Part shown: positions 35,444-48,065 of the stretch, in pieces
Numbering within the stretch: the first letter of the stretch is position 1
Layout of the letters: each line of letters starts with the position of its first letter
Assembly: GCA_051313645.2 (NCBI GenBank)
Contig: JBNRSN020000026.1
Location: 8,618,001-8,682,000, forward strand
Direction of reading: 5' to 3'
DNA length: 64,000 nucleotides
Source of the DNA: Centroscyllium fabricii
Lineage: Eukaryota
The notes under the pieces: model-generated
The model's database searches: none
What the model saw: only the letters and a program-made list of their open reading frames with translations
What the model was told of the DNA's origin: nothing
Position numbers and translations under genes: made by a program

Positions 35444-37664
35444 GATCAACTGGGAGAAATGTTCCGGACTCCTGGTGGGCCAGTAGCAGGTGGACTCCCT
35501 GCCGGAAGAGTTCAGGCCCTTTGCCTGGAGCACCACGCACCTCCTCTACTTGGGAGTCTACCTTAGCCCCGCCGAGGACGCCTGGCCGGCGAACTGGCAA
35601 GAGCTGGAGGCCAAAGTCTCCGCTCGCCTAGGACGCTGGACAGGACTGCTCCGAGTGCTGTCCTACAGGGGTCGAGCGCTGGTCATAAACCAGCTGGTGG
35701 CCATGTTGTGGTCACTTTGATCCCGCCCCCTGCGTTTGTCGCAAAGATGCATTAGAGGCTCATCGACTTCTTCTGGGGCAAAAGGAAGCACTGGGTCTCT
35801 GCCGCGGTTCTGAGTCTCTCGCTTAGGGAGGGCGGTCAGGCGCTGGTGTGCCTTCGCACCCAGGCAGCGACTTTCCGTCTACAGGCCCTGCAGAGATACC
35901 TGAACGATGAGAATCCTCCTCGATGGTGTGCGTTGGCGACGTATTTCTTCCGCCAGCTGCATGGCCTCAACTACGACACGCAGCTCCTGTTTGTGCAATT
36001 AGGCCGTACGCGAGCCTACCTGCGGGAGCTGCCTGTCTTCTACCAGGAACTACTGTGGGTTTGGAACAGTGTCACCTCCAGGCGGAGTTCTCCCCCGTCA
36101 GGAGCGGCGGCCCTCCTTCGGGAGCCGCTGCTCAGGAATCCGCACCTCCGCGATCCCTGGCGTGGGCGGCTGGCGGAGGGTAGGGCTGTGGCTGGCAAGG
36201 TGACCAGGGTCGGGGACCTGCTCGATGGCGGAGGAACGGGCTGGATGGCGCCGGAAGAATTGGCGCATCGCCTCTCCTGGACCAGTATCCTGCGCGCATC
36301 CGAGTCCATCGTGATACTGAAAGCAGCACTGGGCCCCGACTCCACTAGGTGTATCGAGGAGGCTCAGGCACGTGGGGAGATCCCGTCCGAAGTGACCGCC
36401 GTTCGGACGGAATTACTCATTGGCGCAAAGCCCCGAAACCCCTCTCGGGAACCGGCGCCTCACAACCTGAGCCGCCTCGGAGAAAAGCCCTCCGTGCCTT
36501 TTAGTTCTGCGCGGAGGGGTTTCCTGTACGGGCTGCTCCTGCACACTTTCTACTATGCCATCTTCGCCTGCCGTCCGGACACGCCCTGGCGTGCCATCTT
36601 GTCATCCGGCGGAGGCGGAGGTCCCCAATGGGGTGCCCTCTACGCGTGTGTCCTCCCTTTATTTATTACGGACTTGGCGTGGAGGGTGTTGCACGGAGCA
36701 GTCCCGTGCAATAACTTATTAAGCAGGTTCACGGGTTCCCAGGCTGAGTGCCGTTTTTGCAGCCTGGAGGAGACCGGGTACCACATCTACAGTGAGTGTG
36801 AAAGGTTGCACCCCCTGTTTCATTATTTGAAGGGGCTGCTCCTCAACTTTTGGCTGCACTTCAGCCCCACGCTCCTGATCTACGGCCACCCGGTGCGGAG
36901 GGGAGAGGGCAGGTCGGAGGACCTCCTCGTGGGACTGCTTCTGGGCCTGGCCAAGGTGGCCATTAACAGGTCCAGGCAGAGGGCAGTTGAGGGGGTGGTT
37001 CGGCCAGATTGCCTGCCTCTCTGCCGCGGCTATGTTCGCGCCCGGGTGGCCCTGGAGATGGAGCACGCGGCGTCCGCTGGCACGCTCGAAGTCTTTCGGG
37101 ACCGGTGGGCGCCGCGGGGATTGGAGTGCATCGTCACCCCGGCCGGGGTGATCTTGGTTTAATTTGATTATGTTAATTAAGTGTTTTTGAGCTTCCTTTC
37201 AGTCTGCTTGTCCAGGAGAGTGGGAGGATCCGCTCGGCGACGCGGAGGGCCCGGCGGATGGAGTGGAATGTCAATCGGAGACTGCCGGATCTGCACCAGC
37301 CGTTCGCTGGGAGTGCCAACCCTCGTCTGTGTGTTTTCCCGGAGACCCGCTGTCCGGATGGGCGGGCAACGAAGACCAGGAAACTTGGCAAGTTTGGAAC
37401 CCTGCCTGTGGCCATGAGGACTTGTGGTCGTGACCCCTGCCTTGTGGGCATGAGGGCTTGTGACTTTTACCCCTGCCTTGTGGGCATAAGGACTTGAGAC
37501 TTTGACCTCTGCCTCGTAGGCAGGAGGGCTTGAAACTTTGACCCCTACCTTGTGGGCATTGGGGCTTGGGAGTTTGCCGCGGCTCAAGCGCGGTAATGTG
37601 GGGGTTTTATTTTCCTTTGTAAATGTTGTAAATAATGGTGTTTTTCTAATTGGTTTTAAATAAA
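35433..37664 (+). mobile_element. L1/Tx1-clade retrotransposon copy A, 5'-truncated
   Basis: Colinear with 42563-44795; ORF 35846-37162 contains CRFC...H....C. Confidence 0.92.
37410..37575 (+). repeat. ~36-bp tandem repeat (about 4-5 units) in the Tx1 3' UTR; paralog at ~44540-44705
   Basis: Unit approximately gacccctgccttgtgggcatgagggcttgtgacttt. Confidence 0.85.
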
Positions 37665-37990
37665 AGGGTTCTGGGCAACTGATAGGAGGTTGTGCCTTTG
37701 TGGAGTGGAGAAGGGAGAGGAGAGAAGTCTGTGTTTGCTGCAGCAGTGAGCCTTTGGAGTGCCAGAGGAGAGACCGGGAGTACAGAAGCTCTCTCTCTCT
37801 CTTTCTCTCTCTGCCTGTCTCTTAAAGAGGCACATCATAGACTGTATTAATTAAGTGTCCATTGAGCAGAGGGGAGAAGGGCCCTCTCCCATTTACCATC
37901 AACAGGGAGTGCCTTCGAATTTAACAAGCTCCCTCTGCTCCAGGGAAAGTAAAACCCACAGAGGCCGTTTCCATCAGCAGGCCTGTGACT

Positions 37991-38022
<32 letters not shown>

Positions 38023-38057
38023 CGTGGCCCTGTACAAAAAGCACCCCCCCCCTCACG

Positions 38058-40106
38058 ACGGCGAGTTCTTCATCAACGGTGGCGGGGTCAGCGAGGCCAT
38101 ATGCGAGTGTGGCAGCTACGGCCACAGCTCCTCCCGCTGGTTTTGCTGCCCCGTCACCGTTTCGTCTTATAACAAGGAAGCACGGGGTTAAGAGTTATGC
38201 TCACCCCAGTATGACCATTGAGGCGTGCGTAAAGGCCATGGCTGAGGTGGTCGGCCCTTCAGCCATCGTCGCCGCCTCAAAAATGCACGGGAAGGCTGTG
38301 TTCTTCCTGCGGTCAGAGCGGGCGGTCCACCTGGCTATAACCAAGGGGCTCACCGTGGGCGGGACCTTCTTGCCGGTGGATCCTCTTGGGGCCACCGCGC
38401 AGAGGATTGTATTGTCCAATGTCCCGCCCTTTGTTCCGGTTGGGCTCCTCCTCCCCGACTTACGTCAACTGGGGGAGGTAAGGTCGGGGATCGTGCCCAT
38501 TCCGCTCGGCTGCAGGGAGGCCAGCCTCCGGCACGTGCTCTCCTTCCGGCGCCAGCTCTTCCTTCAGGAGGAGTTCACCGAGGGTGCGTTTAGTGTGAGT
38601 CATGAGGGGACAACCTATCGGATATTTTGGAGCTCGGATGAAGTGCGGTGCCACGCCTGCAAAGAGGTGGGGCACATAAGAAAGAACTGCCCCGCCTCCA
38701 AGGCCGCTAAAACATCTCAGGCTGGCGCCGCCGCTCCTACCCCCGTTTCTGTCCGCGTGCCCACGACACCTGATGCGCGGTCGACGGCATAGGTCGACGC
38801 TGTCGCGGCCTCCGGCGGGGGTTGGGGGGGGAGGGGGAGCCTCCGAAAGGAAGGAAGGCACGGCGAAAGAGGAAACACCTTCGGGCGGCTCCCCTGGGCG
38901 AGCTGTCAGACATTGATGACTTCCCAGCCATCACGCCCGAGTATATCGCGGAGTTGCTTGCCGAAACTAGGAGTGAAGGGGGTCGTGTGTCCGGACCCTC
39001 GACCGCAACCGCCGAGGCGGACGAATCAAGGCCTGCGGTTGGGCCGGGGCTCGAGGGATCCGAGCAGCCTCCCATTCGGCAGGAGGGAACGGAGGGGGAG
39101 GCCTTGGAGATTATGGAGGTCTCAGGATCCTCCACACTGAAAAGGAGGCGTGACTCACTGGAGGATGAGGAGGAGGGCCGCGAGTGGCGGGGTCCCTCCT
39201 CGCGAGGGGTATCGTCGTCTGCTGTGGGTGTTGAGCCCCTCCCCACCATCGACGTCCGGCGGGAGTTGCCTGTCCCTCGGGAGGAAACGACAGAGGAGTC
39301 TGTCCGATCTGAGCCTCCCGGGGGCGGGGAAGGGGCCCCTCTCGCCGTGGGGGGCGCCGCGAAGATAGCCGCGGATACAACCACTAAAGTACCCACAGAA
39401 CTTAAGTCCATGTTGGGCGCCCTGGGGACTGGGGTGGGTGAGGCCATCGAGGCTGAGCCCGCGCAAAACAGTCAGGACTTCCCCCAGGAGCTGTTCGACA
39501 TGGTCAACATTCTCATTGAAACTTCCCAGTCTGCTGGGTAGGTGGCTGGTGGCGATGAGGGGGAAGGCCCCCCGACTCCGTCTCCGCGGGTGGTGGGGGA
39601 ACTGGGAATAATGTTCTCCCCGTGTTCCCCGTGTGCCACAGTGCCTGGGTCGGAGGGGGGCCCCGGGCCGCCGCTGCCTGATGCGGCATCTCCGGAGGAG
39701 CCCGGTGAGGAATCCTCTGCCGCCGATCCTGGGGGTGGGACCGGGACAGAGGGGGGGCCGGCCGATGGCGACCTCCCGGAGGAGGACGGGGACCCGGCGG
39801 AGGGCACGGAGAGCGAGTCGGACTCCGACGCCGGTGAGGCAGTGGATGTCCTTGTGCCCCCCTCTGGGTCCCCCCTCGTCCCCGCTTTGGATCTCCGGGA
39901 ATTTGTGGCCACGTGCCAGGGTCTGGCTGGCCCTCGAAAGGTGGCTGGATCTGGCGCTGCTCATTAATTCCGTCTGCGCCGTCGCCAAAACAGTGGGCGC
40001 GGATGAGGGCGGGAGCCCGGCCGAGCGGCGTCGGATCCAGAAGTTCCTCACTGGGCTGGAAAGGGAGTGGCAGGCGACTAGCGACCGTGCTCCCTCCTCC
40101 CGTTAG
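38058..40106 (+). pseudogene. Tx1 ORF1 remnant (CCHC knuckle, acidic low-complexity region)
   Basis: IVAASKMHGKAVFFL, LSNVPPFV, CHACKEVGHIRKNC; in-frame ACG at 38058 may be a mutated ATG; internal stops. Confidence 0.85.
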
Positions 40107-40137
40107 GTTTAGGTAGAGGTTAGACTGTGCTCTTGTC

Positions 40138-43100
40138 ATGAAGACAACCATAGCCAGCCTCAACATCAATGGCAGCAGCGATGCGCGCCGTAGATTTAAC
40201 ATCTTCTCGGTCCTTCGGGACGGGAAGCATGCGGCGTGCTTCCTGCAAGAAACCTACACCGTTCCGGAGGACGAGGCCATGTGGCTCCTGGAGTGGCAAG
40301 GAGGGGTGAGCATGAGTCACCTGTGGAAACCGTTATATATGTACTCTTTTACCACCTCAATATTGTTGCCAATATTGTATTGCATGTATAGCGGCCGGGT
40401 GCATAATACACTGCCTTGTATTGCGACACTGTCGCGGGGACAGGTCAGCCACACCTCTAACTCCTCCCCTCAGGTGAGTGCCTTATAGGTGGGGACCGAC
40501 CTGCCCCCATTCATTCTGTACCTGATGTTCGATCGGAGCGTAGCTCCTTTGTAAGCTAATAAAAGCCTCTAGTTAATGAAACTAAAGACGCGTAGTTACC
40601 TTAAGACTATTGACGATACGTCATCACCTCTCCAAAGTTTCCAGTGGGGTGGCCATTTTGCTGGCCCCGCATTTTCAGCCGGAGATCTTGAGGGTCAAGG
40701 AGCTCGTGCCGGGCCACTTGCTCCAGGTCACTGTACGCCTGTGGGGCGTGCCGCTCCATCTAGTGAACGTGTATGCCCCTCAGGCCGGTGCGCAGCAAGT
40801 GCGCTTCTTTGAAGAAGTGTCCGCTCTTCTGGGCTCCATCGACGTCGGCGAGTGCGTCATTCTCGGGGGGGATTTTAATTGCTCCCTCAAGGCGAGGGAC
40901 CGTTCGGGCCCCCCGCACTGCCGGGCGGCGATGGAGGAGTTGAGGGACCTGGTCGGGTCCCTCGACTTGGTGGACGTCTGGCGAAATCTCCATCCTGACT
41001 CCAGCGCCTTCACTCACGTGAGGTCTGGAGGAGGAGGGTCCAGAATCGACCGCCTCTATATTTCCCGGGCGTACGTCTCCTGCGTTCCGGCGGCTTCCAT
41101 GCGGCCGGTGCCATGCACGGACCACCACCTGGTGTGGGCGGAGCTCACTCCGTTGTGCGCACAGGGGGGGTCCGCGTACTGGCACTTTAACAACCTGCTG
41201 CTGGAGGACGTGCGGTTCGGGGATTCATTCCGTCGGTTCTGCGCCGACTGGAGGAGGAAGCAGGGGGGCTTCCCCTCCTTGAGTCTATGGTGGGACGTGG
41301 GCAAGGCTCATGTCCATCTCTTCTGTCAGGAGTATGCGAGGGGGTCGACCAAGAGGCGGGAGGCCCGGGTCGGGCGGTTAGAGAGGGAGGTGCTCGACCT
41401 GGAGTCCCGTCTCGGTCAGGCCGTCGACGACCCAGCCCTGCGGAAGGTGTACGAAGAGAAGGGTGCGCTGAAGGACCTGCAGCTCGTTGGGTCCCGAGGC
41501 GCCTATGTGAGGTCGCGGATCCGGTTCCTTCTTCTACTCGCTGGAAAAAAGACGGGGGGTCCGTAAGCAGCTCTTGGGGCTGCTGGCTGACGACGGATCC
41601 CTAGTCTCAGATCCGGAGGGGATCAGCACGGAGACCCGGGCCTATTACGGGGCTCTGTTCTCTGCGGATCCGTCCAGCGAGGTTGCGCGTAGAGTTTTGT
41701 GGGAGGACCTGCCAAAGGTCAGCCCGGAGGGCGCCGAGCAATTGGATGCTTGGCGGAGCTGACGGGCGCCCTCGGCCAGCTCTCGAGGGGAAAGTCCCCG
41801 GGGCTGGACGGGCTGACCGTGGAGTTCCACAGGGCGTTCTGGGACGTCTTGGGGGGCGACTATGCGCGGGTCCTGGAGGAAAGTCTGGCGACCGGGGAGA
41901 TGCCTCTCTCTTGGTGCAGGGCGGTCATCGTCCTGCTGCCTAAGAGGGGCGACCTCCGCCTACTGAAGAACTGGCGCCCGGTGTCCCTCCTCAGCACGGA
42001 CTACAACATTTTTGCAAGGGCTATGTCTGTCCGCCTTGGCACCGTGCTGGCCCACATGATCCATCCCGACCAGTCCTACACGGTCCCGGGCCGGACTATC
42101 CACGATAACATCCATCTGGTCTGGGACCTGGTCCACCATTCCCAGAGGGCTGGTCTGTCGGTCACCTTCCTTTCCCTGGATCAGGAGAAGGCGTTCGACA
42201 GGGTGGATCATGAGTATCTTTTCGGAACTCTGCGCGCATTCGGGTTCGGGACGCATTTCGTCGCCCGGATCCAACTTCTGTATGCCGCCGCGGAGTGTCT
42301 GATAAAGGTTAATGGGTCCTTGACGGCGCCCCTTTTCTTCGGGAGGGGGGTGCGTCAGGGATGCCCCATGTCCGGTCAGTTATATGCCGTCTGCGTGGAG
42401 CCTTTCCTGCGCCTCTTGCGGAAGAGGTTGACGGGACTGGCTCTGCAAGGGCCGGGCGTGGAGGTTGTCCTCTCGGCTTACGCCGATGACGTGCTCCTCA
42501 TGGTCACGGATCCCGTTGACCTGCGGAGGATGCGGGAATGCCAGCAGATTTACTCGGATGCATCCTCCACCAGGATCAACTGGGAGAAATGTTCCGGACT
42601 CCTGGTGGGCCAGTGGCAGGTGGACTCCCTGCCGGAGTAGTTCAGGCCCTTTTCCTGGAGCACCACGCACCTCCTCTACTTGGGAGTCTACCTTAGCCCC
42701 GCCGAGGACGCCTGGCCGGCAAACTGGCAAGAGCTGGAGGCCAAAGTCTCCGCTCGCCTAGGACGCTGAACAGGACTGCTCCGAGTGCTGTCCTACAGGG
42801 GTCGAAGCGCTGGTCATAAACCAGTACAGGTGGCCGCCATGTTGTGGTACCGGTTGGTCACTTTGATCCCGCCCCCTACGTTTGTCGCCAAGATGCATTA
42901 GAGGCTCATCGATTTCTTCTGGGGCAAAAGGAAGCACTGGGTCTCTGCCGCGGTTCTGAGTCTCTCACTTAGGGAGGGCGGTCAGGCGCTGGTGTGCCTT
43001 CGCACCCAGGCGGCGACTTTCCGTCTACAGGCCCTGCAGAGATACCTGAACGATGAGAATCCTCCTCGATGGTGTGCGTTGGCGACGTATTTCTTCCGCC

Positions 43101-44293
43101 AGCTGCACGGCCTCAACTACGACACGCAGCTCCTGTTTGTGCAATTAGGCCGTACGCGAGCCTACCTGCGGGAGCTGCCTGTCTTCTACCAGGAACTACT
43201 GTGGGTTTGGAACAGTGTCGCCTCCAGGCGGAGTTCTCCCCCGTCAGGAGCGGCGGCCCTCCTTCGGGAGCCGCTGCTCAGGAATCCGCACCTCCGCGAT
43301 CCCTGGTGTGGGCGGCTGGCGGAGGGTAGGGCTGTGGCTGGCAAGGTGACCAGGGTCGGGGACCTGCTCGATGGCGGAGGAGCGGGCTGGATGGCGCCGG
43401 AGGAATTGGCGCATCGCCTCTCCTGGACCAGTATCCTGCGCGCATCCGAGTCCATCGTGATACTGAAAGCAGCACTGGGCCCTGACTCCACTAGGTGTAT
43501 CGAGGAGGCTCAGGCACGTGGGGAGATCCCGTCCGAACTGACCCCCGTTCGGACGGAATTCCTCATTGGCGCAAAGCCCCGAAACCTCTCTCGGGAACCG
43601 GCGCCTCACAACCTGAGCCGTCTCGGGGAAATGCCCTCCGTGCCTTTTAGTTCTGCGTGGAGGGGTTTCCTGTACGGGCTGCTCCTGCACACTTTCTACT
43701 ATGCCATCTTCGCCTGCCATCCGGACACGCCCTGGTGTGCCATCTTGTCGTCTGGCGGAGGTCCCCAATGGGGTGCCCTCTACGCGGGTGTCCTCCCTTT
43801 ATTTATTGGGGACTTGGCGTGGAGGATGTTGCACGGAGCAGTCCCGTGCAATAAGTTATTAAGCTGGTTCACGGGTTCCCAGGCTGAGTGCTGTTTTTGC
43901 GGCCTGGAGGAGACCGTGTACCACATCTGCAGTGAGTGTGAAAGGTTGCACCCACTGTTTCATTATTTGAAGGGGCTGCTCCTCAACTTTTGGCTGCACT
44001 TCAGCCCCACGCTCCTGATCTACGGCCACCCGGTGCGGAGGGGAGAGGGCAGGTCGGAGGACCTCCTCGTGGGACTGCTTCTGGGCATGGCCATTAACAG
44101 GTCCAGGCAGAGGGCGGTCGAGGGGGTGGTTCGGCCCGATTGCCTGCCTCTCTTCTGCGGCTATGTTCGCGCCCGGGTGGCCCTGGAGCTGGAGCACGCG
44201 CCGTCCGCCGGCACGCTCAAAGTCTTTCGGGACCGGTGGGCGCCGCGGGAACGGGAGTGCATCGTCACCCCGGTCGGGGTGATCTTGGTTTAA
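40138..44293 (+). pseudogene. Tx1 ORF2 remnant (APE, RT, C-terminal zinc finger), interrupted by a solo LTR
   Basis: SLNING, FLQET, VNVYAP, GGDFN, SRIDR, TDH, KSPGLDG, SLDQEKAFD, GVRQGCPMS, AYADD, CCFC..H..C. Confidence 0.93.
40322..40623 (+). mobile_element. Solo LTR related to the LTR at 62993-63272
   Basis: TG...CA ends, TSD TCACC (40317-40321, 40624-40628), AATAAA at 40558; shares caggtcagccacacc and tgacgatacgtca with 62993-63272. Confidence 0.92.
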
Positions 44294-47200
44294 TTTGATT
44301 ATGTTAATGAAGTGTTTTTGAGCTTCCTTTCAGTCCGCTTGTCCAGGAGAGTGGGAGGATCCGCTCGGCGACGCGGAGGGCCCGGCGGATGGAGTGGAAT
44401 GTCAATCGGAGACTGCCGGATCTGCACCAGCCGTTCGCTGGGAGCGCCAACCCTCGTCTGTGTGTTTTCCCGGAGACCCGCTGTCCGGATGGGCAGGCGA
44501 CGAAGACCAGGAAGCTTGGCAAGTTTGGAACCCTGCCTGCGGCCATGAGGACTTGTGGTCGTGACCCCTGCCTTGTGGGCATGAGGGCTTGTGACTTTTA
44601 CCCCTGCCTTGTGGGCATAAGGACTTGAGACTTTGACCCCTGCCTCGTAGGCAGGAGGGCTTGAAACTTTGACCCCTACCTTGTGGGCATTGGGGCTTGG
44701 GAGTTTGCCGTGGCTCAAGCGCGGTAATGTGGGGGTTTTCTTTTCTTTTGTAAATGTTGTAAATAATGGTGTTTTTCTAATTGGTTTTAAATAAGAGAGT
44801 TCTGGGCAACTGATAAAGATCTGAGTTTCTTTTTGCTGGAGCAAGCCAGTTCGAAAGCTTTTTGCAACTCTAGGGCCTTACTCTCCAGTAGACGCTGGCG
44901 TATCAGTGGGGAGGAAATCCCGCTGATGAAGGCATCGCGGATCATTTCCTCACGGTAAAGCGCAGCCGAGGCTGCCTGAAAGTTACAGTTCGTACTGAGC
45001 CTGCGCAGTGTCTGCAGGAATTCACCGATAGATTCCTCCGGCCCTTGCCGGGCCGTGGCCAGTAAATGTCTAGCGTAAATCTCGTTGGGTGGCTTTGAAT
45101 ACAGTTCTTTAAGAGCTCGGATTGCTTCATTAAAGTTATCCCATCTGTCCAGATATTCATATACCTTAGGGGATACATAGTTTACCAGTAGCCGGAGTTT
45201 AGCAGTATCACTCGCATCACATTCTTCCAGAAAATTTTCGAAAGTATGGTACTAGTGCTTCCATACCTTTGCGGCTGATGGCGAGTTCGGATCCAGGTCA
45301 AGAATTCTGGGGTTGAAGAGGCTCTCCATGACGGGTGGTTCCCTGGGGTCCTCAGTTCCTTGTTGTCCGAAGGTTTCAAAATTTTGAGCGTAGTAGTTGA
45401 TTAAATTGATGTGACAAAAGCGACTTACACATCAATAACTTTAAGCAAAGCTTTAATCAACTATTTACAGAGTTAGAGTTTAACATGCGTACATAGGGAA
45501 GCATCATCTCAGACTGGATAGCAGCAGAATTTATTCCACTAGACAGGAAGTGACGTATATACAGGAAGTGACATGTATACAGGAAATGATGTCACTGGAA
45601 GTTCATATGCAGAGTTCATCAGACTTTCTGCCGGAAGTCTCAATATCATCACACTATTGTGTTAATCTCCTCTTTAACCAGCAATGCTAGCCCACCTCCT
45701 TTTTCTCTTTGCTTGTCCTTCCTGAATATTGAATACCCCTGGATGTTGAATTCGCAGCCTTGCTCACCCTGGAGCCATGTCTCCGTAATCCCAATTATAT
45801 CATATCCGTTTACATATATTTGCGCAGATATTTCATCCACCTTATTACGAATGCTCTTCGCGTTAAGACACAAAGCCTTCAGGGTTTTTTTTAACACTCT
45901 TAGTCCTTTTGGAATTATTATTTACTGTTTGATTTACACCCTTGATTTCTCTGCCTTCCACTTTTGCTTTTCTCCTTCCTGTCTTTTGTTTCTATCCTTG
46001 CTTGCCTTTCATCTGTCTCCCTGCACAGGCTCCCAATCCCCTGCCATTTTAGTTTAAACCCTCCCCAAAAGAGGAGAGGGAGAGATTATGAGCACGAGGT
46101 ATCAAATTATCAGATTTGATTCAATGTCATGATCCTTTGGATGCGACCCCTTACAATTTATCAGAAAAGGCAGCCAATTCTCTTATTGTAGGATAACTTG
46201 CTTCTTTTGTCACTCACTCCACAACTTGCACCCATTGTTGTCACAAATGTATCTAAATTGTCCCACTGCCACTGGCTCCTTGATACTCAGTTACATCCAA
46301 TTCTCAGCTTTCTGTCACATTTTAATGTTATAAAAAATCTTAAGTGCAACATTTTTCCAGTAGATGTGGCGAATTGAGACTGAGCAGTTTCAAATATATC
46401 TCTAATTCATCGTTGACAACCTAATCACATAGCTGAGAACAAAGAATATCCACCTCAAATGCTATACGATCTAGACACAACCGAATGGCACATGTTTGAT
46501 AACGTCAACTTCCCTTTGAAACTCACTATCTCAAATAACTTATTTCATTGGCACACGCAACACTACACGCCCCACGTGTAGAACAAAGGACGCTCTCTGT
46601 TCCTCAGCGCAGTAAGCTTATCCCCATGTAACAAGCAGCAAAAATAACAAAAGCAGTAAGTGTATTTCTACCATACCAATTAATACCCTGCACTTGTATA
46701 AACTGATGAGATTCAGGTTTTGACATTGGATGGCTAACTTAGTTTAGCATACTGAAATCAGCCTGCGTCTTTGCTGTGTTCTGTTGCAATTTCAATTTAA
46801 GTTAAATCACATTTTACAGTAACTTTCATTCCCTTATGTAGAAATTTCAAATCAGTTACAATGTAGCAGTAACACATGCCACACGAAAAATAGGTTTTCA
46901 AATGGTTGAAGAGGTTATCATTTACAGAAAATTACATTCAAGAATGGCTTAGGCTCAAGCAACTTTCTCATTTTGGCCCCCAATTTGTCCCATATTCTTC
47001 TGATTTATTACTTTTTGTTCAGTAGGAAGGTGAGTAAAATTAATTTTCAATTAATATATTTCAGATCAGGATTATGTTCTGTTACAAGTAAATCTATGAA
47101 TTGAAGTGTTTTACAATGTTTAGTTGAACGTGGCAACTGTTAAATGGGAGAGGGGATGCTATGGTGTTGAGTGCTGATTCATTTTAGTCTCCCAAGTACA

Positions 47201-47507
47201 TCAAATGTTCAGGTAGTCCTGAGCTGGAAAAATATTAATGGAATATTAATTTAAGATTTTATTCTTAATGAAAATACAAGTTAAAACAGCTGGAAAAGTA
47301 AAGGATTTTGCAGTAAATGTGACCATTTCATCTGTTATACCGTTTTTGTAAAAACTCAGATTTTTACTACAAGCTAGGAGAACACAATGCAATTGTTGAG
47401 ACAGTGCAATAATTTACTTATACAGGTACTGGCATCACAGCACAGTCAATCTGGGTAATGAGTAATAGTCAATCCACTTTCCTAACCAATTAACCTTCTA
47501 TATACAA

Positions 47508-48065
47508 CAATAACTTGCATTTATACAGCGCCTTGAATGTAGTAAGACATCCCAAGGCAGTTCACAGGTGCATTATTAAACAAAGTTTGACACGAAGCCA
47601 CATGAGATATTAGGGCAGGTGACCAAAAGCTTGGTCAAAGAGGTTTTAAGGAGCGTCTTAAAGAAGGAAAAAGAGGTGGCGAGGCTTAGGGAGGGACTTC
47701 CAGAGCTTAGAGTCTTGGCAGCTGAAGGCACAGCCTCCAATGGTTGAGTGAGTAAAACCAGGGATAAGCAAAAGGCCAGAATTGGGGGAGCGCAGCTATC
47801 TCATAGGGTTGTGGAGCTGGAGGAGGTTACAGAGATAGGGAGGGGCGAGGCCATGGAGGAATTTGAAAACAAAGATGAGAATTTTAAAATCGAGGTGTTA
47901 CTTAACCGGGAGCCAATGTAGGCCAGCAAACATGGGGTGATGGGTAAACAGGACTTGGTCCGAGTTTGGACACGGGCAGAGTTCTGGATGGCAGCAGAGT
48001 TCTTTACGGAGGGTGGAAGATGGGAAGCCTGTCAGGAGTGCATTGGAATAGTTAAGTCTAGAGGA
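47508..48065 (-). mobile_element. L2 LINE 3' fragment
   Basis: SRLNYSNALL, LHWLPV; same tail as the element at 57980. Confidence 0.82.

Larger units (their letters stand above)
37685..44795 (+). mobile_element. L1/Tx1-clade retrotransposon copy B, apparently full-length, decayed
   Basis: 5' UTR, ORF1, ORF2 and 3' UTR flanked by a 17-bp direct repeat gttctgggcaactgata (37668-37684, 44799-44815). Confidence 0.93.
32628..45653 (-). mobile_element. Gypsy LTR retrotransposon 1, disrupted by Tx1 insertions
   Basis: LTRs 32628-32872 and 45407-45653 (about 7 substitutions and one 2-bp indel by eye), TSD CTATT, PPT rc at ~32873-32885, gag ATG at 45329, order RT-RNaseH-IN. Confidence 0.95.
30442..46050 (-). 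mobile_element. CR1 LINE (same family as 6400-11123) in two parts, 30442-32627 and 45654-46050
   Basis: Reverse-complement match to ~8100-9900 and the 3' tail; continuous across the Gypsy TSD. Confidence 0.9.

Noticed and set aside
38460-40202. Long minus-strand ORFs (236, 298, 229 aa)
   Set aside because: Antisense shadows of GC-rich Tx1 ORF1 with no recognisable motifs.
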